A stretch of DNA of 25,492 bases, taken from Armatimonadota bacterium. Its GTDB lineage: Bacteria > Actinomycetota > Acidimicrobiia > Spongiisociales > UBA5794. Of this stretch, positions 7,660 to 11,626 are shown one piece after another. The notes under the pieces are model-generated. The model was not told where the DNA came from. It worked only from the letters and a program-made list of their open reading frames with translations, and made no database searches. The stretch is taken from contig QQUL01000260.1 in assembly GCA_008501565.1 (NCBI GenBank), forward strand, positions 1 through 25,492. The letters run 5' to 3'. Both the position numbers and the translations under genes were made by a program. The stretch's first letter is position 1. Each line of letters begins with the position of its first letter.

Positions 7660-8895
7660 ATGATCGAACTCCACCCACACGACATGGCCCACGGCGGTGA
7701 AGCGGTTGCGAGAAGCGACGGAAAAGCGCATTTCGTTGCGGGCGCCATGCCGGGCGAAGTCGTCGTCGGAACAGTCATCGAGGACAAGGGTTCATGGGCC
7801 CGGGTTGCCCTCGTTGAGGTGCGCGAGCCGGCCGAAGGTCGCAGGGATGCACCGTGTCCGCATGCCGACCTGTGTGGCGGTTGTCAGTGGCAGTTTGCCG
7901 ACGAGTCGATCCAGCGAGACTGGAAGCGAACGACGATCATCGGCCAACTCGAGCATCTTGGCCGGGTGGCCTCCCCTCTCGTCCATCCGACGATCGACAC
8001 GGGTCATCAACTTGCGTATCGAAACCGGATGGACTTTCACATCGTCGATGGGAAACCCGCTCTGTACCGAGCACGGTCGAATGATCTTGTCCCGCTGAGC
8101 ACATGCCTTCTCCTGGCACCGCCGCTTCAAGAAGTATTCGATCGACTTGGCGACCTCGGCGGGGTCTCACGCCTGACACTTCGATGCGGGATCCGGACAA
8201 ACGACACGGTTGCTTTGATCGAAGGAGAGACACCAGATGATGTCGAGTCGTGGGGTGTCCCGGTGATCCACGTGGATGGAACTTCGTTGCGCACCGTGAT
8301 CGGCGATCCCGTGCTTTCGGAAATCGTCGACGATGTTCGGTTCGAAATCCCACCAGAGGGCTTCTTCCAGAACAACACATACGGCGCAGAGACGCTCGTC
8401 TCACTCGTGCGCGACATCCTTGAGGTCACGGAAGAAGAAACACTTCTCGATGGCTACTGCGGTATCGGCTTGTTCGGGGCGACGGTTGGTCGGGATGCAC
8501 ATCGCGTCATCGGTATGGACTCTTCACCGCGAGCGATCAAGTATGCACGACGCAACATGGCTGCAGCAGGTGTCGATGCACACATGCGTACCGGGTCGAT
8601 GACGAGGGACATCGAGTCGTTCGATGAGTACTGGGATGTCGCTGTCGTCGACCCGCCGCGCAAGGGCCTCGGGGAGCGGGGAGTTGCGGCGGTCACCTCC
8701 GCCATGCCGCGGACCATCGCGTACGTTTCGTGCGATCCTGCATCATTTGCGCGCGACACGAGGCTGCTCGCCGAGTCTGGCTACAGCTTCATTGAAGCGA
8801 CCCCGGTCGACATGTTTCCTCAGACGTTCCACGTCGAAATCGTGGGGAGATTCGATCGAGCACTTCTCGGCGACGACGAGGGTTCGGACGAATAG
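7660..8895 (+). CDS. TRAM-domain class I SAM-dependent RNA m5U methyltransferase (RlmD/RlmCD family)
   Basis: TRAM-like start MAHGGEAVAR..FV.GA.PGE, Fe-S motif CPHADLCGGCQWQ, YRNRM, FFQNN, DGYCGIG, DPPRKG and catalytic YVSCDP. TACGCT lies 6 nt before the ATG at 7660, suggesting a leaderless start. Confidence 0.92.
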   Translation: MIELHPHDMAHGGEAVARSDGKAHFVAGAMPGEVVVGTVIEDKGSWARVALVEVREPAEGRRDAPCPHADLCGGCQWQFADESIQRDWKRTTIIGQLEHLGRVASPLVHPTIDTGHQLAYRNRMDFHIVDGKPALYRARSNDLVPLSTCLLLAPPLQEVFDRLGDLGGVSRLTLRCGIRTNDTVALIEGETPDDVESWGVPVIHVDGTSLRTVIGDPVLSEIVDDVRFEIPPEGFFQNNTYGAETLVSLVRDILEVTEEETLLDGYCGIGLFGATVGRDAHRVIGMDSSPRAIKYARRNMAAAGVDAHMRTGSMTRDIESFDEYWDVAVVDPPRKGLGERGVAAVTSAMPRTIAYVSCDPASFARDTRLLAESGYSFIEATPVDMFPQTFHVEIVGRFDRALLGDDEGSDE

Positions 8896-8897
8896 CC

Positions 8898-9512
8898 CTA
8901 CATCCCGTCGAGAATCTCCTTGCGCTTGCGCTCGTACTCTTCCTCTGAGACCAGTCCTTCATCGCGCAGGGCTGCAAGTTTGCGGATCGCTTCAGCGCCG
9001 TCATCTTTCGGACGCTTGACGCCACCACCCGCCGCAAGATCCATCGAACGCGCTTCACGAGTCTTGTAGAGAATCGCCTGGAATGTGTCCGGGTGCGGGA
9101 TGTTGTCGAAGTCGCTCTGTCCGGTCTCCCCCGCCGACTCGACCAGGAGATCCCCCGCCCCGAGGATCCGTTCGAACACCGACTGGGAAAAGTTGACGTT
9201 TGCGATGCCCTCAAGGGGGATTTCGATTCCACGCTGGGCGATGAGGCCGCGGCGCGTGATCAATCGCTCTGTGGTGAGCACGTAGCGGGTGAACCACCAA
9301 TCGACGAGTGGCCTGACCACGAACCACACGAGAACGATGACCAGAGCGGCAACCTTGAACCAGAAGCCAGCATCAAACCAGTATGCGAGCAGCCCGAAGA
9401 CGACAAGTGCGCCGACCCCCCACAAGGCGGGAACGAACAGCAGTTTCCAGTGTGGGCGAAACGAAGTGACGATCGATTCGCCTTCGGTGAGTGCATCTTC
9501 GGGCCAAGGCAT
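8898..9512 (-). CDS. Membrane protein with bacterial PH domain (bPH_2) and C-terminal SHOCT domain
   Basis: FRPHWK start, two TM helices, YVLTTERLITRRGLI...IPLEGIANV...ERILGAGDLLVESAGE (bPH_2), and LAALRDEGLVSEEEYERKRKEIL (SHOCT). Confidence 0.9.
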   Translation of the reverse strand: MPWPEDALTEGESIVTSFRPHWKLLFVPALWGVGALVVFGLLAYWFDAGFWFKVAALVIVLVWFVVRPLVDWWFTRYVLTTERLITRRGLIAQRGIEIPLEGIANVNFSQSVFERILGAGDLLVESAGETGQSDFDNIPHPDTFQAILYKTREARSMDLAAGGGVKRPKDDGAEAIRKLAALRDEGLVSEEEYERKRKEILDGM

Positions 9513-9519
9513 GGGAGAG

Positions 9520-9638
9520 AGCTTACAGCTTTCGGCTTTCAGCTCACAGCTTCAGAGCAGGGAAACCGAACAGTGAACCACGACAACCATGGGGACGAAA
9601 CGACCCATGCTGAAAGCTGAAAGCTGAGAGCTGAAAGC
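9520..9638. repeat. Inverted pair of heptamer tandem arrays, (AGCTTTC)n at 9520-9558 and (GCTGAAA)n at 9609-9638
   Basis: agcttac-agctttc-ggctttc-agctcac-agcttca and gctgaaa-gctgaaa-gctgaga-gctgaaa-gc; reverse-complementary, same family as 3102-3206. Confidence 0.9.
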
Positions 9639-9661
9639 AACGAGCGAAGCGAGTCCACGCG

Positions 9662-9700
9662 AGAAACCCCAAGGAAGCCGGAGCCCCCTTGGGGTGTTCT
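9662..9700 (-). terminator. 3' terminal hairpin / intrinsic terminator of candidate ncRNA A
   Basis: Minus strand ACCCCAAGG-GG-GC-UCCG-GC-UU-CCUUGGGGU followed by UUCUC. Confidence 0.75.
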
Positions 9701-10024
9701 CAGTGCCAGCCCTTGCAGTCTTTCGACCTCCGGTCTGGCGCCCCGCCGGTGTTGCCACCTGCGGTGCGGTCGATGCGAACCGAGGCTCGCACCTGTACCT
9801 TCCGGTGACCCTCGCCGACCGAAGTCTGCGTGAGTAGGGCCGAAGCCCTGCGCCCGAGAGCGCTACCTTCCGGTGTTGGCTGGTCCGTCGCCTCCCCTTG
9901 CGGTTCGGTTCGGTTTCCCGCCCGTTCCCATCCGTTGCCGGTTGGGAACCCCGCTGATTGACGGTCCCCGGCTTGCGCCGGTTGCGTTCGAGCGGTCCGG
10001 TTTGGGTTTCCCCTCTCCGGTTCC
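9662..10024 (-). ncRNA. Candidate highly structured ncRNA A (~360 nt), family unassigned
   Basis: On the minus strand about 12 hairpins carry stable tetraloops: GGG-GAAA-CCC, CCGGC-GCAA-GCCGG, CCG-GCAA-CGG, CGG-GAAA-CCG, CC-GCAA-GG, ACC-GGAA-GGU (twice), AGGGC-UUCG-GCCCU, GAC-UUCG-GUC, UGCGAGC-CUCG-GUUCGCA, GGUG-GCAA-CACC and GUC-GAAA-GAC. It is bounded by a promoter and a terminator and has no credible ORF. Confidence 0.75.
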
Positions 10025-10027
10025 AGA

Positions 10028-10107
10028 ACAATGCCATGAGTCGTGCACCAATTCAAGCCAGATCGCTTGTTGGTTTTCGCGAGTGACGAGTAGTTTTCGC
10101 GAGGTGC
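10028..10107 (-). promoter_or_regulatory. Promoter of ncRNA A with upstream GCGAAAAC direct repeat
   Basis: -35 TTGAAT (10056-10051), 17-nt spacer, -10 CATTGT (10033-10028); GCGAAAAC at 10100-10093 and 10080-10073 (20-bp period). Confidence 0.7.
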
Positions 10108-10120
10108 GCAAAGGACAACC

Positions 10121-10262
10121 GATTACAGATTTCAGATCACGGACAGGACACCGTCGAACTCGCGGCACCCCGATTCCATTATCCAATATCGAGGTTCGTC
10201 TTGGTTTCGCTTCCGGAGTCTGAATCCAAAATCCGTAATCCGTAATCCGAGATCCCAGATCC
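10121..10262. repeat. Inverted pair of heptamer tandem arrays, (GATTACA)n at 10121-10146 and (GTAATCC)n at 10221-10262
   Basis: gattaca-gatttca-gatcacg-gacagga and tgaatcc-aaaatcc-gtaatcc-gtaatcc-gagatcc-cagatcc; a second heptamer family, lying between the two candidate ncRNAs. Confidence 0.85.
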
Positions 10263-10313
10263 AACAACAAACCCCAAGGAAGCTGTGGCCGAAGCCGTAG
10301 CCCCCTCGGGGTT
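10262..10313 (-). terminator. 3' terminal hairpin / intrinsic terminator of candidate ncRNA B
   Basis: Minus strand AACCCCGAGG-GGGCUAC-GGC-UUCG-GCC-ACAGCUU-CCUUGGGGUU followed by UGUUGUU; the stem is nearly identical in sequence to that of ncRNA A. Confidence 0.75.
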
Positions 10314-10542
10314 CGTTGCCCTGGATGCCCGACGGTCGCCCGCCCGGTTCCCAGGAGTGTCCTTTCGGCTGCCAGCTAGGCCGTCACGTCCGATTGGACT
10401 GATCTCTCGAAGGCTGGGCTCCCTCTTGAGATCGCTGCCTCTGCCGAAGCAGAAGCCCGGCCCCGGTTTCCCGGGTGGGTCAGCCGAAGCCGATCCCTGC
10501 CGCACTTTCCAGGTTCACCTCAAGGGTTCACCTCTCAAGCAC
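10262..10542 (-). ncRNA. Candidate structured ncRNA B (~275 nt), family unassigned
   Basis: Minus-strand hairpins UCGGC-UUCG-GCUGA, CCCGG-GAAA-CCGGG, UCUGC-UUCG-GCAGA, GAUCUC...GAGAUC, GUCC-AAUC-GGAC, CC-GAAA-GG, CGG-GCGA-CCG and AGG-UGAA-CC (twice). The 5' GUGCUUGA can pair with UCGGGCAU just before the terminator. It is bounded by a promoter and a terminator. Confidence 0.72.
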
Positions 10543-10547
10543 AAGCG

Positions 10548-10628
10548 AACCTAGAGGGGATCTCTGCGGGTCGCAACCGCGATCTCTGGTTGGTTTTCGC
10601 GTAATAGCAGGAGTTTTCGCGGAGGTGC
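10548..10628 (-). promoter_or_regulatory. Promoter of ncRNA B with upstream GCGAAAAC direct repeat
   Basis: -35 TTGCGA (10576-10571), 17-nt spacer, -10 TAGGTT (10553-10548); GCGAAAAC at 10620-10613 and 10600-10593, with the same spacing to the -35 as in promoter A. Confidence 0.72.
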
Positions 10629-10689
10629 TGAGAGCTGCCGTTGATGACCTCGCGAACACCGCAGCGTTCTTGAGGTCGGAATCCGAAAG

Positions 10690-10711
10690 TGTCACACGGT
10701 GGCGGTATGGT
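10690..10711 (+). promoter_or_regulatory. PafBC/RecA-NDp-like DNA-damage promoter (TGTCAC-N10-TATGGT), leaderless start
   Basis: TGTCAC 10690-10695, 10 nt, TATGGT 10706-10711; the ATG begins 7 nt after the -10 (10718). One mismatch to TGTCRG. Confidence 0.6.
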
Positions 10712-10717
10712 CATGCC

Positions 10718-11614
10718 ATGACCTCCGATACCCACGAACGAACAACCCTCACGACCCTCTCACCATCGCGGGCGAGCGATTTCAAGCAGTGCCCACAGAT
10801 GTACAAGTTCAAGTCGATCGACCGTATCCCGACGGAGCCAACGATCCATCAGGCACGGGGCACGGCGGCGCATCTGGCTCTCGAACGGCTCTTTGAACAG
10901 CCGAGGGCGCAGCGAACCCCCGAGGCTCTGTACCGCCTCTTCAGGGATGCATGGGCAGAACTCAAGAAGACGGAATACCCAGACCTGTTCGATTCTGTCG
11001 AGGACGAGCGAGCATGGGGAATCGAAAGCCTCGGGCTGCTTGCGGGATACTTCTCGATCGAGGACCCAACCTCCTTTGAGCCCGAAGCGCTGGAAATGGA
11101 CCTCACCGTCGCTATCGATGACATGACCATCCGAGGCATTCTCGATCGGATGGAACGCATCACGACAACCGCGCCCGACGGCACCGAATCCGAACTCCTC
11201 GTCATCACCGACTACAAGACGGGCAAGGCACCGCCTGAGCGATATGCATCCCAGGCCTTCTTTGCCCTCAAGATCTACGCATTGTTGATTCGCACGACGC
11301 AAGGCATCACACCCGATCGCGTCCGGTTGTTGTATCTCAACGGACCAACCGAGTACACGCTCGACATCACCGACAGCCAACTCGACGCGATGCATCAGCA
11401 GCTCACGGCGTTGTGGCAGGCAATCAACAAGGCGATCCGCACGGATACGTGGCCGACGAGTCAGTCAGTACTCTGCGACTGGTGCGACTTCAAGGACACC
11501 GTGTGCCCGGCATTCAATACCGCTGCTGAGATAGCAGTGAACCGCGCAGCGATTGACGCTGCAGCAGCCGCGAAGATCGCTCGACCAACGTCAGATTCTG
11601 TCAGTGGTACCTGA
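10718..11614 (+). CDS. Stand-alone RecB-family PD-(D/E)XK nuclease with 4-Cys Fe-S staple (resembles the mycobacterial Rv2119 type)
   Basis: LSPSRASDFKQCP, GTAAHLALE, RGILDRME, ITDYKTG and CDWCDFKDTVC; 298 aa from ATG 10718. Confidence 0.88.
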   Translation: MTSDTHERTTLTTLSPSRASDFKQCPQMYKFKSIDRIPTEPTIHQARGTAAHLALERLFEQPRAQRTPEALYRLFRDAWAELKKTEYPDLFDSVEDERAWGIESLGLLAGYFSIEDPTSFEPEALEMDLTVAIDDMTIRGILDRMERITTTAPDGTESELLVITDYKTGKAPPERYASQAFFALKIYALLIRTTQGITPDRVRLLYLNGPTEYTLDITDSQLDAMHQQLTALWQAINKAIRTDTWPTSQSVLCDWCDFKDTVCPAFNTAAEIAVNRAAIDAAAAAKIARPTSDSVSGT

Positions 11615-11620
11615 TACGTT
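11599..11620 (+). promoter_or_regulatory. PafBC/RecA-NDp-type promoter (TGTCAGTG-N8-TACGTT), leaderless start of adnA
   Basis: Matches the core actinobacterial TGTCRGTG-N8-TANNNT consensus; the ATG at 11627 begins 7 nt after the -10. It overlaps the 3' end of the upstream nuclease gene. Confidence 0.72.
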
Positions 11621-11626
11621 GCCTTG

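Noticed and set aside
9552-10505. ORFs 9552..10037(-), 9700..10056(-), 9863..10270(-), 9873..10223(+), 10179..10505(-) and 10285..10554(+)
   Set aside because: They overlap each other in several frames and are rich in Arg/Gly/Pro. They have no recognisable domain or RBS and cross promoters, terminators and repeats. The hairpin-rich RNA explains the sequence better.
9662-10542. Identity of the candidate RNAs as RNase P, tmRNA, SRP, tRNA or group II intron
   Set aside because: There is no GAGGAAAGUCC/CAGAA-CCGGCUUA (RNase P), no tRNA-like GGUUCGA-UCC...CCA end or tag ORF (tmRNA), no CAGG-CC-GGAA-GG-AAGCAGC (SRP; only a bare CC-GGAA-GG loop), and no domain V. A covariance-model search is still needed.
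9661-10630. CRISPR array interpretation of the repeated AAACCCCAAGGAAGC and GTTTTCGCG blocks
   Set aside because: Only two widely spaced copies or 20-bp-period pairs occur, not regular 25-45 bp repeats with unique spacers, and there are no cas genes. The Cas4-like fold of the adjacent nuclease is shared with ordinary repair nucleases.
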